From an uncultured Faecalibacterium sp. (GTDB lineage: Bacteria > Bacillota > Clostridia > Oscillospirales > Ruminococcaceae), in the NCBI GenBank assembly GCA_937993755.1, contig CALKMA010000006.1, positions 14,130-78,129 of the forward strand: 64,000 nucleotides of DNA, in the 5' to 3' direction. Every line of letters begins with the position of its first letter. Within the stretch, counting starts at the first letter, position 1. The translations under genes were made by a program, and so were the position numbers. Below the pieces are notes generated by a model. That model had not been told where the DNA came from, searched no databases, and saw only the letters and a list, made by a program, of their open reading frames with translations. Below are positions 9,874 to 19,691 of the stretch, in pieces.

Positions 9874-10926
9874 ATGGTCAACACATTCACAGGATTTCAG
9901 AAGAAGGTCGAGGAAAGCTTTCACCGCGAGAGCCTCATCGCCGGCCGCTTCTCGCCCGACTACACCTTTTCGGGTGTAAAGACCGTCAAGGTCATCACGC
10001 CGACCACCGTCGCCATGACCGACTATACCCGAAGCGGCGCCAACCGCTACGGAACGCCCACCGAGCTGCAGGACACCGTGCAGGAGCTGACGCTGACGCA
10101 GGACAAGGGCTTTTCGCTCACCATCGATAAGGGCAACAACCTGGATCAGGGCGGCGTCAAGAGCGCCGTCAGTATGCTGGGGCTTCAGATCAACGAGCGC
10201 GCCATCCCCGAATACGACACCTATTGCTTTGCCAGACTGGCCGAAAAGGCAGGCACGATCGTCGGCAACGCCGCGGCGCTCAGCAAAGCCAGCATCTGCG
10301 AGCGCATTTCGGCGGGCACCGAGGCCATGGACGACGCCGAGGTGCCGCAGACGGGGCGCACGCTTTTTATATCGGCCAAGGCCTATAAGCTGCTGAGGCT
10401 TTCGAACGAATTTCTCGGCTGCGAGGCGCTGGCGCACCGTGCCCTTGCCAGGGGACAGGTCGGCGAGTATGACAATATGCCGGTCGTCAAGGTGCCGGGC
10501 GGCCGCTGGCCCGCCCATGTCAACTTTATCATCGCCTACAAGTACGCGGCCGCCGCGCCCGTCAAGATCAGCGAGACGCGCTTTCACATCGACCCGCCGG
10601 GCATTTCCGGCAACCTGCTGGAGGGCCGCCAGTATTACGATCTGTTCGTTTTCGGCGCCAAGTGCAGCGGCGTCTATGTCGAGGTCGATACCGGCACCGG
10701 CGGCGGCACCGTCGCGGCCGCGCCGGCCATTTCCGACGCGGGCGCTCTCACCTGCGCCACGGCGGGCGCCAGCATCCGCTTCACGACTGACGGCAGCGAT
10801 CCGCGCTACAGCTCCACCGCCCGCGTCGGCACGGCAAGCGACGTCACGGCCGCCAACACCGTCGTGCGGGCTTACGCTTACAAGGACGGCTGCTATCCCT
10901 CCGGCGTCACGCAGAAGACGCTGTAA
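9874..10926 (+). CDS. phage major capsid protein with C-terminal Ig/FN3-like extension
   Basis: 350-aa ORF after a GGGAGG RBS; of MCP size and position; C-terminus TCATAGASIRFTTDGSDPRYS resembles a chitobiase/Ig-like decoration domain. Confidence 0.6.
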   Translation: MVNTFTGFQKKVEESFHRESLIAGRFSPDYTFSGVKTVKVITPTTVAMTDYTRSGANRYGTPTELQDTVQELTLTQDKGFSLTIDKGNNLDQGGVKSAVSMLGLQINERAIPEYDTYCFARLAEKAGTIVGNAAALSKASICERISAGTEAMDDAEVPQTGRTLFISAKAYKLLRLSNEFLGCEALAHRALARGQVGEYDNMPVVKVPGGRWPAHVNFIIAYKYAAAAPVKISETRFHIDPPGISGNLLEGRQYYDLFVFGAKCSGVYVEVDTGTGGGTVAAAPAISDAGALTCATAGASIRFTTDGSDPRYSSTARVGTASDVTAANTVVRAYAYKDGCYPSGVTQKTL

Positions 10927-10986
10927 CACCAGAAATACAGCCGCTTTCCCGCCGGCCGGCGGGAAAGCGGCGCAGGGAGGACATGT

Positions 10987-11367
10987 ATGACAGGACAAAA
11001 GCTTTATGAAAATGCTCTGGCGGTGCTGGCCGTTCCGCCGCTTGACGCCGGCGATTACAGCCGGTCGGCCGTGACCGATATCAATATCGTGACAGCCGAG
11101 CTGTTCGAGGCCAACAACACCGTCCGCATGGCGCGCGGCCGTCAGCCGCTGGCCGAGCCGCCGGTCATCGCCCATCTGGAGGATGAGGTCGGTCTGGAGC
11201 CTTATGTTATTTTTAAGGCCGGACTGTACGGCGTCGCCTCGCGCATGGTGGCCGACGATGACCTTCAGCGCGCCGTCTATTACCACAATCTCTATGTCGC
11301 CGGCATCGCCGACTGCTGCCGAGCTGTGGCCGGCGGCGTGATCGACGTCTATCGGAGCGGCTTTTGA
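10987..11367 (+). CDS. hypothetical phage protein (possible head-tail adaptor)
   Basis: 126-aa ORF inferred from position only. Confidence 0.35.
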   Translation: MTGQKLYENALAVLAVPPLDAGDYSRSAVTDINIVTAELFEANNTVRMARGRQPLAEPPVIAHLEDEVGLEPYVIFKAGLYGVASRMVADDDLQRAVYYHNLYVAGIADCCRAVAGGVIDVYRSGF

Positions 11368-13211
11368 GGCGCGTGGCGGCCGCGCCGGCCGGTCATGCAC
11401 ACAAAATGGCCGTCGTCGAGTGCTTCAAGGGGGTCGATCTGACCTCGGCGCCCTCCGGCGTGTCGCTTGACCGCTCGCCCGACGCGCCCAATATGGTGCG
11501 CGACGTGCCGGGGCGCGTGCGCAAGCGCATGGGTTATCATCTGGTGCGGCAGTATCCCGCCCGCGTCAACGGCATCCATCGGTTCAACGGCCGGGCCGGC
11601 GTCAAGGAGCTGATCCATGCCGGCATGGCGCTCTATGACGGCGCGGCGCAGCTGGCGGCCGGTCTGGCCGACTGCCGCTCGCAGGCCTTTCAGCTGGAGG
11701 GCCGGCTGTTCATCGCGGACGGCAAACGGCTGCTGGCCTATGACGGCAGCAGCGTCAGGCCGGCGGCACAGGGGGCCTACTGCCCATTGCTGACTGTCTC
11801 CCGTGCGCCCGATGGCGGCGGCACCGACTACCAGCCCCTCAATCTGCTGACCGGCCGCTTCCGCGAGCGCTTTCTGGCCGACGGCGTCAGCAGGGTCTAT
11901 CAGCTGTCACTGTCGGAGCTGACCTCGGCGGGTGCTGTCGTCCGCATCCGGTCGGGCGAGGTGTGGGCCGAGCTTGCCGGCGGCTTCACGGTCAACGCGG
12001 CCGACGGCACGGTCACCTTTGACACGGCGCCGGCTGAGAGCGACTGCGAGGGGGCAGACGATGTCGAAATAGAGGCCGAAAAAACCGTGGCCGGCTATGC
12101 CGACCGCATCGACCGCTGCACGGTGGGCACCGTGTTCGGCGTTGACGGCAGTCAGGACCGCCTGTTTCTGTCAGGCAATCCCGACTGCCCCAATCTCGAT
12201 TTCCATTCCGAGCTGGGACAGCCCGATTACTTTCCCGACACCGGCTACGGCCGGCTGGGGCAGGACAGCTGCGCCGTGGCCGGCTATCTGACGTTGGGCA
12301 GCCGCCTGCTGGCCTTCAAGAGCCGCGACGACGACGGGCGCACCATCATTATCAGAAGCGGCCGGCTGATCGACGGCCGGGCCGAGTTCCCCATCGAGAA
12401 CCTGCTGCTGGCGCCGGGCGCCGTTTCGCCCCATGCCTTCGCGCCGGCCGGCGAGCCGCTGTTCCTGACAGCGGGCGGGGTCTATGCCGTCACGTCGGAG
12501 GATGTGACGGGCGACCGCGTCACCCGGAACCGCAGCTATTATATCAATGCCGCATTGCAGCGGGAGGAGCTGTCGGAGGCGGCTGCGGCGGTGTATAAGG
12601 ACTTCTATATCATCGCGGCCGGCGGCAGGCTGTATCTGCTCGACCTGCTGGCCAAGGATTACCGCCGCGACCAGCCCTATTCGGCGCACCAGTACGAGTG
12701 CTATCACTTCGACCATATCGGTGCGCGTGTGCTGACAGCCGGTGATACGCTGCGCTTTGGTACGGCGGACGGCCGTCTGTGTGAATTTTATACCGACCCG
12801 TCCGACCCGGCCAGCTACAACGACTGCGGCGCACCCATCGCCTGCCGCTGGACGACGCCCGAATTTTCCGGCAGCTCCTTTTTCAAAAACAAGGATCTGC
12901 TGCGCTATTATCTGCGCGTCATGCCGCAGCCGACCACATCGGTCAGCGTATCGGCCAAGCGCCGCGGCGCTTGGTATCTTCTCAAAAAGGACATCAGCGT
13001 CTGCCGCTATCTTTGCTTCAGCGCGCTGCGCTTTTCGGCGTTCACCTTCTGCTGCGACAGCGACCCGCAGGTGGTGGGCGGCCGGATGCGCATCAAAAAG
13101 GTGCCCTGCGGCGCGCTGCGGTTTGAAAACAGCGGCGGAAATGAGCCGTTCGCCCTGCTGGGCTTCGGCTTTGAATTCAGAGAAACAGGAGGGATCAAGC
13201 AATGGCACTGA
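11364..13211 (+). CDS. phage structural protein (putative tail/nozzle protein)
   Basis: 615-aa ORF overlapping the previous stop (TTG start after GGAGC; alternative ATG at 11406); there is no tape-measure-like gene in the cluster. Confidence 0.45.
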   Translation: MRRVAAAPAGHAHKMAVVECFKGVDLTSAPSGVSLDRSPDAPNMVRDVPGRVRKRMGYHLVRQYPARVNGIHRFNGRAGVKELIHAGMALYDGAAQLAAGLADCRSQAFQLEGRLFIADGKRLLAYDGSSVRPAAQGAYCPLLTVSRAPDGGGTDYQPLNLLTGRFRERFLADGVSRVYQLSLSELTSAGAVVRIRSGEVWAELAGGFTVNAADGTVTFDTAPAESDCEGADDVEIEAEKTVAGYADRIDRCTVGTVFGVDGSQDRLFLSGNPDCPNLDFHSELGQPDYFPDTGYGRLGQDSCAVAGYLTLGSRLLAFKSRDDDGRTIIIRSGRLIDGRAEFPIENLLLAPGAVSPHAFAPAGEPLFLTAGGVYAVTSEDVTGDRVTRNRSYYINAALQREELSEAAAAVYKDFYIIAAGGRLYLLDLLAKDYRRDQPYSAHQYECYHFDHIGARVLTAGDTLRFGTADGRLCEFYTDPSDPASYNDCGAPIACRWTTPEFSGSSFFKNKDLLRYYLRVMPQPTTSVSVSAKRRGAWYLLKKDISVCRYLCFSALRFSAFTFCCDSDPQVVGGRMRIKKVPCGALRFENSGGNEPFALLGFGFEFRETGGIKQWH

Positions 13212-13783
13212 GCACCATCACTACGGCCGCGCTGGCCGATAAGGGCGTGCGCGGCCTGCCCGATGTGCCGGGGCTGGCCAGCGGCGTCATGCAGCGGAGA
13301 TTCGACGAGCTGACGCTCGACGTTGTTGTGCCGGCCTTCAACGGCCTTGTGAGCGAGCTGGCCGCGGCCGACGGCGCACAGGCCGTCGGCTGCGGCGGGA
13401 CGACGGTGGCCGGGGCGCTGGCAGACCTGAACGCCGGCCTTGCCGCCAAGGCCGACGCCGGCGCCGTGCTGCTGACCGACGGCAGCACCGCCTTTACGCC
13501 GCGCAATGACAACGACCCCGTCAACAAGAAATATGTTGACGATGCCATGCTCGCCGCCGGTGCCGGCGATATGTGCCGGTCTGTCTATGATGCCGACAAT
13601 GACGGCGTTGTTGACAAGGCCGCGGCGCTGACCGGCACGCTGCCCATAGCGGGCGGCGGCACCGGAGCTGACACCGCCGCGGCGGCGCGCGGCAATCTCG
13701 GCGTGCTGGCAATGGCGGTTGTTGAGAGCCTGCCGGAAACGCCGGCGGCCGGCACTGTTTATTTCGTTTACGGGGGAGCCTGA
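13202..13783 (+). CDS. phage tail fibre protein
   Basis: 193-aa ORF with the tail-fibre signature LPIAGGGTGADTAAAARGNLG; Gly/Ala-rich. Confidence 0.6.
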   Translation: MALSTITTAALADKGVRGLPDVPGLASGVMQRRFDELTLDVVVPAFNGLVSELAAADGAQAVGCGGTTVAGALADLNAGLAAKADAGAVLLTDGSTAFTPRNDNDPVNKKYVDDAMLAAGAGDMCRSVYDADNDGVVDKAAALTGTLPIAGGGTGADTAAAARGNLGVLAMAVVESLPETPAAGTVYFVYGGA

Positions 13784-14599
13784 ATGAAACTGGCCAATAT
13801 CTATGCCGCCGATACCGCCGGCACACTGCACGGACAGGCGGCCGCGGGCACGAGCGACGGCAGCGCCCTCAATGTGCGCGTCTGTGATGCCGGCGGCGTG
13901 ATGCACGACATCCGGCGCATCATCGTGACCGATCGGGCGGGCGCGGCCGCCGCCCTTTCCAGCCGGCTGCTTGCCGCCGAGCAGGAGGATTACCGCTATG
14001 TCCGCGGGCCGCTGAGCTGCCCGGCCGGCAACTGTTTCAACAACTACTCGGAATCGGACGCGGTCGAATGGCGCGTGTCGCTCGAATGCATGATCGAGAC
14101 GGCCGCCCAGACGCTGCTGGCCAGCAGCCGCCCCGGCAGCGGCTACGGGTGGGATGTCACGGCCGATGCAAAGGGACGGGTTGTGCTGAAAAGCTCCTAT
14201 AACAGCAAGACGACGGTCACGACGTGGGAAACGGCGCTCACGCCCGGCGTCTGGCACACCGTCGCGCTCTACGGCTTTATCAACAAGGCAAGCGATGTCT
14301 GGCTTTCGGTCGATGGCGGAGCGGCCGTCAAAAAGGCGGCCGGCTATAAAAGCTATACCGGCACCGCGCGGGCACTGATCATCGGTGACAGCCACCTGCT
14401 GCTGCGCGGATCGGTCATCGTCAAGGGCATCGACTGGTCGAGCCTGACGGCCCAGCGCACCCTTTCGGTGAACATTGAAAGCGCCCCGGCGGGGCAGGCG
14501 CTTTCCCTTTCGGGCGGGGGCTACACGCTGACGGGCGGGACGGTCGAGCAGCACCGCAGGACGGTATACAGCTGGGAGCCGACCGGCCCGGTGTCATAG
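13784..14599 (+). CDS. phage tail-associated protein (possible receptor-binding / lectin-like)
   Basis: 271-aa ORF whose start abuts the tail fibre stop; beta-rich with a LamG-like flavour. Confidence 0.4.
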   Translation: MKLANIYAADTAGTLHGQAAAGTSDGSALNVRVCDAGGVMHDIRRIIVTDRAGAAAALSSRLLAAEQEDYRYVRGPLSCPAGNCFNNYSESDAVEWRVSLECMIETAAQTLLASSRPGSGYGWDVTADAKGRVVLKSSYNSKTTVTTWETALTPGVWHTVALYGFINKASDVWLSVDGGAAVKKAAGYKSYTGTARALIIGDSHLLLRGSVIVKGIDWSSLTAQRTLSVNIESAPAGQALSLSGGGYTLTGGTVEQHRRTVYSWEPTGPVS

Positions 14600-14870
14600 G
14601 GCGGCGGGGATTGGAAGAACACGGGCTCTGCCGCCGCAAGGCAGGGGCGGGGGACGGAGGAAAGGCTTTTTTCTGCCGCCGCACGGTATGGCTCCGCCTG
14701 CCCTCGCCGGTCTTGACGGGGCGCGCCGGGGCAAAGCGTGTATGCGGCCCTGCGCCTGTCGGCCCGCCGTGCCCCTGCGGACAGCCGGACAAGGGGGCGC
14801 CTATCTTGAAAAATGCCCGCCGGACGGCGGGCAGGAAGGGACAAATGTATTGAAACGGGGAGGTGAAAAT

Positions 14871-15176
14871 TTGACGATCCTTGAAAAGCTGGCGGCGGTG
14901 TCCGGCAGCCTTTCGGCTGTGCTGACGCTGCTGTTGCTGCTGATTCGGCCGCTGCGTGAAAAGCTGCTCGGCTTCAAATGCATCCGCGACGGGCAGAAAT
15001 GTCTGCTGCGCGCCGATATGCTGGCAACCTACTACCGCCGCTGCGACGCGCGGGCCATCCGGCAGCACGAGCTGGAAAACTTTATTTACGAATACAGCGC
15101 CTATAAGGCGCTGGGCGGCAATTCCTTTATCGACAAGATCAATCAGGAGGTCAGGAGCTGGAGGGTTTTATCCTGA
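14871..15176 (+). CDS. putative holin-like / lysis-associated membrane protein
   Basis: TTG start 5 nt after a GGGGAGGTG RBS; N-terminal TM helix (AAVSGSLSAVLTLLLLLIRPL) followed by a charged tail; upstream of holin and lysin. Confidence 0.3.
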   Translation: MTILEKLAAVSGSLSAVLTLLLLLIRPLREKLLGFKCIRDGQKCLLRADMLATYYRRCDARAIRQHELENFIYEYSAYKALGGNSFIDKINQEVRSWRVLS

Positions 15177-15372
15177 AGGCCCGCGGCTGACGCCCGGCTC
15201 AGGGGAACCGATCTTCTTTGAAGCGCCTTGCGGCTCAAAGAGAGCGATCGGAGATTGCTCCTGCTGTCCGGCGGCTATCGCGTCACGGACCTCCCAAGGC
15301 CCGCCGAACAACAAGTGAAAGAAGCAGACACACTTAAAACCGTCTGCAAAGCTTAGTATACGAGGAGAGCTT

Positions 15373-15774
15373 ATGCTGCAAAAAATCATCTGTTATCTGC
15401 CCTGTCTGGGGCTGGCGGCCGGCACCAATATCCTGCTCGGCACCTATCAAAGCGTCGGTAAGCTGCGCGAGGCCTTCAGCTGGCGGCTGCTGCTGACGGG
15501 CATCCTCAAGGCAGCCATCGTGTCGGAGGGCTTTGTTGCCCTTGCCCTCATTCTTGACAAGCTGAACGGCGCCTGCGATCTCGGCGCCTTCGCCGTCATG
15601 CCCGACGCGCTGCTGCTCGGCGTTATCGCCGTTTACTTCGGCAAATGCGCCGGCCATCTGAAGGATATCTTCGCCGTGACCGACCGGCAGCTGTCCGACG
15701 CCGGCCTGCCCGCCTATCAACCGCAGGCCGAGCCGGCCGCCCACGAGCTGCCGGAGGAGGGAGGCGAGGGCTGA
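15373..15774 (+). CDS. phage holin
   Basis: 133-aa ORF with a GAGGAGAG RBS, several hydrophobic helices and an acidic C-terminus; its stop overlaps the lysin ATG (TGATG). Confidence 0.5.
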   Translation: MLQKIICYLPCLGLAAGTNILLGTYQSVGKLREAFSWRLLLTGILKAAIVSEGFVALALILDKLNGACDLGAFAVMPDALLLGVIAVYFGKCAGHLKDIFAVTDRQLSDAGLPAYQPQAEPAAHELPEEGGEG

Positions 15775-16562
15775 TGCCGGTGCTGACCTTTCCCAAGGCA
15801 TTTGTCTATATCAGCCGCCCCTACAGCGCCGCTCACCCGGCCATCGACCTCGGCTGGGGCGCGACGGTGGGCGGCGCAACGGCACCGCTGCTGTCGCCCG
15901 GTGACGGCAGGGTCGCCGCCGTTGCCGACGGCTGCGGCTGGGACCGCGCCAGGGGCTGGGGCAACTATATCCGCATCGACCACGGAGACGGCTTTGAAAC
16001 GCTGCTGGCGCACTGTCTGCGCGGCTCGTTCACCGTGAAAAAGGGCGACAGCGTCAGCCGCGGACAGGCCGTTTGCCGCATGGGCAATTCCGGCAACTGC
16101 TTCACGGCAAACGACTATCACTGCCACTATGTGGTGCTGCGCGGCGGCCGCCAGGTCGATCCGCTGCTCTATACCCGTCTCGACGAGTCGTTCCAGACGG
16201 TCTATGACAAAACCGACAGCGCCTACACCATTGCGCGGCTGGCCGCGAACGATGCCGCCCGCTGCCGTGTCGAGCGCGACGCCGCCCGGCAGCAGCTGGA
16301 GGTCTATGCCGACCGGCTGCGCCTGCGGGCCGCGCCGGGGCTGGCGGGCGAGATCCTCGGCTATGTCCCAACCGGCTTTTACGATGTTGACAGCGTTTTT
16401 GAACAGGATGGCTACCGCTGGTGCCGCATCGGCGGCGAGCTGTACGCGGCTGTCTGCGAGGGCTACAGCCGCCTTCATGCCCCCGCCAGCCGTGAGCGGC
16501 AGCTGGAGGATATCCTGTCCCGCATCGCGGCGCTGGCCGCCGCGGCAAAGGAGGCAAAATGA
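15774..16562 (+). CDS. peptidase M23 (LytM) family endolysin with C-terminal SH3-like domain
   Basis: 263-aa protein with M23 motifs (HPAIDLG…GWGNYIRIDHGDGFETLLAHC) and a C-terminal region (…DGYRWCRIGG…) resembling SH3b. Confidence 0.8.
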   Translation: MPVLTFPKAFVYISRPYSAAHPAIDLGWGATVGGATAPLLSPGDGRVAAVADGCGWDRARGWGNYIRIDHGDGFETLLAHCLRGSFTVKKGDSVSRGQAVCRMGNSGNCFTANDYHCHYVVLRGGRQVDPLLYTRLDESFQTVYDKTDSAYTIARLAANDAARCRVERDAARQQLEVYADRLRLRAAPGLAGEILGYVPTGFYDVDSVFEQDGYRWCRIGGELYAAVCEGYSRLHAPASRERQLEDILSRIAALAAAAKEAK

Positions 16563-17116
16563 GCTATACAGACGTACTTTCGGCCCGTCTGCGCCGCCAG
16601 CAGCGCCAGCAGCTCGATACAAAGTATCAGGCTGACCTCGATAAACAGGCGCGTGAACGGGCCGAGGCCGAGGAGGACTTCCGCGGCGGCACCCGTTCGC
16701 TCTATGTGGAGGCAATGGAAAAGCTCCGCGACCTGCCGCAGCAGCTGGCGGCGGCGGGGCTGTGGGGCGGATCCGGCGAGGAGCGCGGGCAGGCCATCCG
16801 CCGCGACTATATCAGCGCTCTGCGCGAGCTGGAAAAGGCGTGGGATCGCAAAAGACAGAGCCTTGACGACACGGAGCTGCGCACGCGCACCCGCTGGCGC
16901 GAGGAGGTCGAGGAATGGAGGCTGAAGGACGCCATCGCCGCGAAGCGGGCGGCAGCGGGCGGGCGCACCGCGCGCAGCGGCGGCAAAGCAGGCGGGCAAG
17001 GGACCGCGGCCGGCCGGTCCGACGGGCAGCCGGCTGACCCGTCGGACCTGTTCACCGACCCGGAGGAGATTTACGCTTATCTCACGATGACGCAGAACAG
17101 GCAGTTCATCCGCTGA
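16559..17116 (+). CDS. hypothetical phage protein, charged / coiled-coil
   Basis: 185-aa ORF overlapping the lysin stop; Arg/Glu/Gln-rich. Confidence 0.35.
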   Translation: MSYTDVLSARLRRQQRQQLDTKYQADLDKQARERAEAEEDFRGGTRSLYVEAMEKLRDLPQQLAAAGLWGGSGEERGQAIRRDYISALRELEKAWDRKRQSLDDTELRTRTRWREEVEEWRLKDAIAAKRAAAGGRTARSGGKAGGQGTAAGRSDGQPADPSDLFTDPEEIYAYLTMTQNRQFIR

Positions 17117-17377
17117 CGGCGGCGGAGCAAAGAAAACACGCGGCGTGCGGCGAAAGCAAAGCGGATGGCTTTTGCCGCCGGACGCGGCAGGGAAAACACC
17201 CTCGCGCCGGAGAGGCATTTCCTCGGCTGAAGGCGCGGGAGACGGGGCGCCGATGCGGAAAATGCCGCTGCCGCCTGTGCGGTCCCGCTCCGGCAGCCCG
17301 CTCTATCCTGCCCCCGGCGAACGCAGAGAGGCTTACGTTACGGTTTTGCGCCGAGCGGGGCAGGGGAGAGCAGGAAG

Positions 17378-17415
17378 CAGCGCCCCGACAGGCATGCCTG
17401 TCGGGGCGCTTTTTT
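17378..17415 (+). terminator. rho-independent terminator at right end of phage-like cluster
   Basis: Hairpin gccccgacagg-catgc-ctgtcggggc followed by TTTTTTGTGTG. Confidence 0.75.
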
Positions 17416-17471
17416 GTGTGTGCTGTGCGGCGGCGCGCTTTTTCGGGCGGCGCGCTCCTGACGCCGCGCGT

Positions 17472-18263
17472 CTATCTACCCTTCCCCTCGCGGCCGTTGA
17501 AATCGCCCAGAAAGGCGCTGTCGAGCGGGGCGTTGCACCGAACCGACAGGAAATAGCTGTCGATCAGGAACACGGCGGTGGGCACGGCATCCTCCAGCAT
17601 TTGCGCATAGCGCTCGACGGCGGCGCGGCAGGCCGGGTCGGCTTTCTTTTTCAGGATGATGCCGCGTGTCGGCCGGACGATGTTGACAACACCGGCCAGC
17701 GGGCTGCCGCCCAGCGAGCCGAGCAGCTGATGTGTCTGACGGATGCCGCGCCAGCCGGCGCGAAGCTGCTGACGGGTGCAGGGATAGATGCAGCGCATCA
17801 GTGTAAAGAGCCTGTCGTTCGGCTCGATGTCGGCCAGCGGACGCAGGGTCAGAGGGTCAAGGCCGTTCTGCTCGGCCAGATAGCGGTCAAGCTCCGTCTC
17901 CAGACCCAGATGGGAGATGCGGGCCTTGGCCGCCTCGCTGTCAACGGTGGGATGCAGCGCGTGGTCGCTCACATAATGGCAGATAAGCCCGGCGGCGTAG
18001 GCGGCGGCGTAGGGCGTCCCGTTATAGACCAGCGGGCGCAGCGGCTCCAGCAGGCCGCTGACGGGACTGGCATGAAGGCGGCTACCGACCTTGGCCACCG
18101 ACCCGACGAATACGGGCGGGTGGAAGAAAAGCAGGTCGGGCCCCAGCGAGCCGACGAGATATTCATCCAGCTGCTCGGTAAAGAGGCGGCGGTTGGGACA
18201 GTCCAACCGATCAAGCACCTTTTTGGCAAACAGGATATGTGCATATACGGATGGCATAGACAA
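17472..18263 (-). CDS. zinc-dependent phospholipase C family protein
   Basis: 263-aa ORF MSMPSVYAHILFAKKV… with His-rich segments (ICHYVSDHALHP) typical of the short bacterial Zn-PLC-like family. Confidence 0.45.
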   Translation of the reverse strand: MSMPSVYAHILFAKKVLDRLDCPNRRLFTEQLDEYLVGSLGPDLLFFHPPVFVGSVAKVGSRLHASPVSGLLEPLRPLVYNGTPYAAAYAAGLICHYVSDHALHPTVDSEAAKARISHLGLETELDRYLAEQNGLDPLTLRPLADIEPNDRLFTLMRCIYPCTRQQLRAGWRGIRQTHQLLGSLGGSPLAGVVNIVRPTRGIILKKKADPACRAAVERYAQMLEDAVPTAVFLIDSYFLSVRCNAPLDSAFLGDFNGREGKGR

Positions 18264-18312
18264 CCCTCCTTAGGGGATCGATTACCATTCTAAAGCATAA
18301 ATGTGAACAAAT

Positions 18313-19539
18313 CTACCTGTTTTTTGCGGCTTCCAGCTTTTCCGCCGCCAAAAGAAAGGCGCGGCGGGCGTAATCGAGGTGGATGCCGCCCTGCAGATAG
18401 AGCACATACGGCTCGCGCAGCGGGGCGTCGCACGAAAGCTCGATGGAGGAGCCGTTGGTGAACGAGCCGCTGGCCATGATGACGTCGCAGCCGTAGCCCG
18501 GCATGGGGTAGCCCTCCGGCACGGCAAAGCTGTCGATGGGCGAGAGCGATTGGATGGCGCGGCAGAACAGCGTGACGGCCTCCTCGCTGCCCAGCGATAT
18601 GGCGTCAACGATGTCGCCGCGGCGGGCGTTGTAGGCGGGCACGACGGGGTAGCCGAGCAGCTCGCACATGCGCGAGCAGTAGACGGCCGATTTGAGCGCC
18701 TGCTCAACGACCGAGGGGGCAAAATACAGCCCCAGAAACATCTCGCGGTGGCCCTGCGGCACCGAGCCGAGCTCGCGTCCGGTGCCGGGGGCGGTCAGGC
18801 GGTGTTCGCAAAGCGCGACATATTCTTTCCGGCCGGCGATATAGCCGCCCGTCTGGGCAATGGCCCCGCCGATGTTCTTGAGAAAGGAGCCGACGATGAG
18901 ATCGGCGCCGGCCGAGAGCGGCTCGTCGGCCTCGACGAATTCGCCGTAGCAGTTGTCGCACAGGATAACGGCGTTCGGGTTGCCGGCGCGGATGGCGCGG
19001 CAGACGACGGCGATATCGGGCAGCGTCAGTGTGTCGCGCAGGCTGTAGCCGCGGGAGCGCTGCACCAGCACCACATCGGCGCCTTTGGCTTCGCGGGCGA
19101 TGGCTTCAAGGTCGGGCCGCGTGCCGGCTGTCGGCACAAAGCGGTACTCGACGCCGAACTCGGTCAGCGAGCCGACGCCCGGCTTGCTGATAACGGTCTG
19201 CAGGGTATCATACGGCTCGCCGACCGCCGAGAGCAGCCGCATGCTGGGGCGCAGCAGGCCAAACAGCGCTACCGTCAGCGCGTGGGTGCCGCTCATAAAG
19301 GCCGCGCGGCAGAGGGCGTCCTCCGCGCCGACGATATCGGCCAGCAGGCCGTCGAGCGCGTCGCGCCCGATGTCGCCGTAGCCGTAGCCGGTGGAGGGCG
19401 CGAACATGGCGCTGGAAACACGGTTTTTGACAAAAGCGTCCTGTACGCGGGCGCGGTTGATGGCGGCCGTTTCCTCGATCGAGGCAAATACCGGTGCGCA
19501 GTCGGCCATGATGCGGCGGTCAAATTCTTTCAGATCCAT
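18313..19539 (-). CDS. YnbB/aluminium-resistance family PLP-dependent protein (Met gamma-lyase-like)
   Basis: True start MDLKEFDRR after the RBS AAGGAGC; carries the conserved STGYGYGDIGRD motif of the YnbB family; ~408 aa. Confidence 0.8.
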   Translation of the reverse strand: MDLKEFDRRIMADCAPVFASIEETAAINRARVQDAFVKNRVSSAMFAPSTGYGYGDIGRDALDGLLADIVGAEDALCRAAFMSGTHALTVALFGLLRPSMRLLSAVGEPYDTLQTVISKPGVGSLTEFGVEYRFVPTAGTRPDLEAIAREAKGADVVLVQRSRGYSLRDTLTLPDIAVVCRAIRAGNPNAVILCDNCYGEFVEADEPLSAGADLIVGSFLKNIGGAIAQTGGYIAGRKEYVALCEHRLTAPGTGRELGSVPQGHREMFLGLYFAPSVVEQALKSAVYCSRMCELLGYPVVPAYNARRGDIVDAISLGSEEAVTLFCRAIQSLSPIDSFAVPEGYPMPGYGCDVIMASGSFTNGSSIELSCDAPLREPYVLYLQGGIHLDYARRAFLLAAEKLEAAKNR

Positions 19540-19691
19540 GGATGCTCCTTGATGGTATGCCGGCAGGCAGAAATGCGGTGGGGGGAAGGGCGGGATGCGC
19601 CGAGCGCGGGTCGGATGAACGCACAGCAGGCTCGGCTCACGCGCCCCGCAAGGGAAGACACGGGCCGGACAGGCACACAGCCAACTCAGAC

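Noticed and set aside
7675-11400. 1241-aa ORF on the minus strand spanning the portal-capsid region
   Set aside because: It is antisense to well-supported phage genes. It has a low-complexity Ala/Gly/Arg-rich translation typical of shadow ORFs in ~68% GC DNA, and no motifs.
17145-18293. 382-aa ORF on the plus strand
   Set aside because: It overlaps the minus-strand Zn-phospholipase-C-like gene almost completely, and its translation is low complexity. The minus-strand product has recognisable family features.
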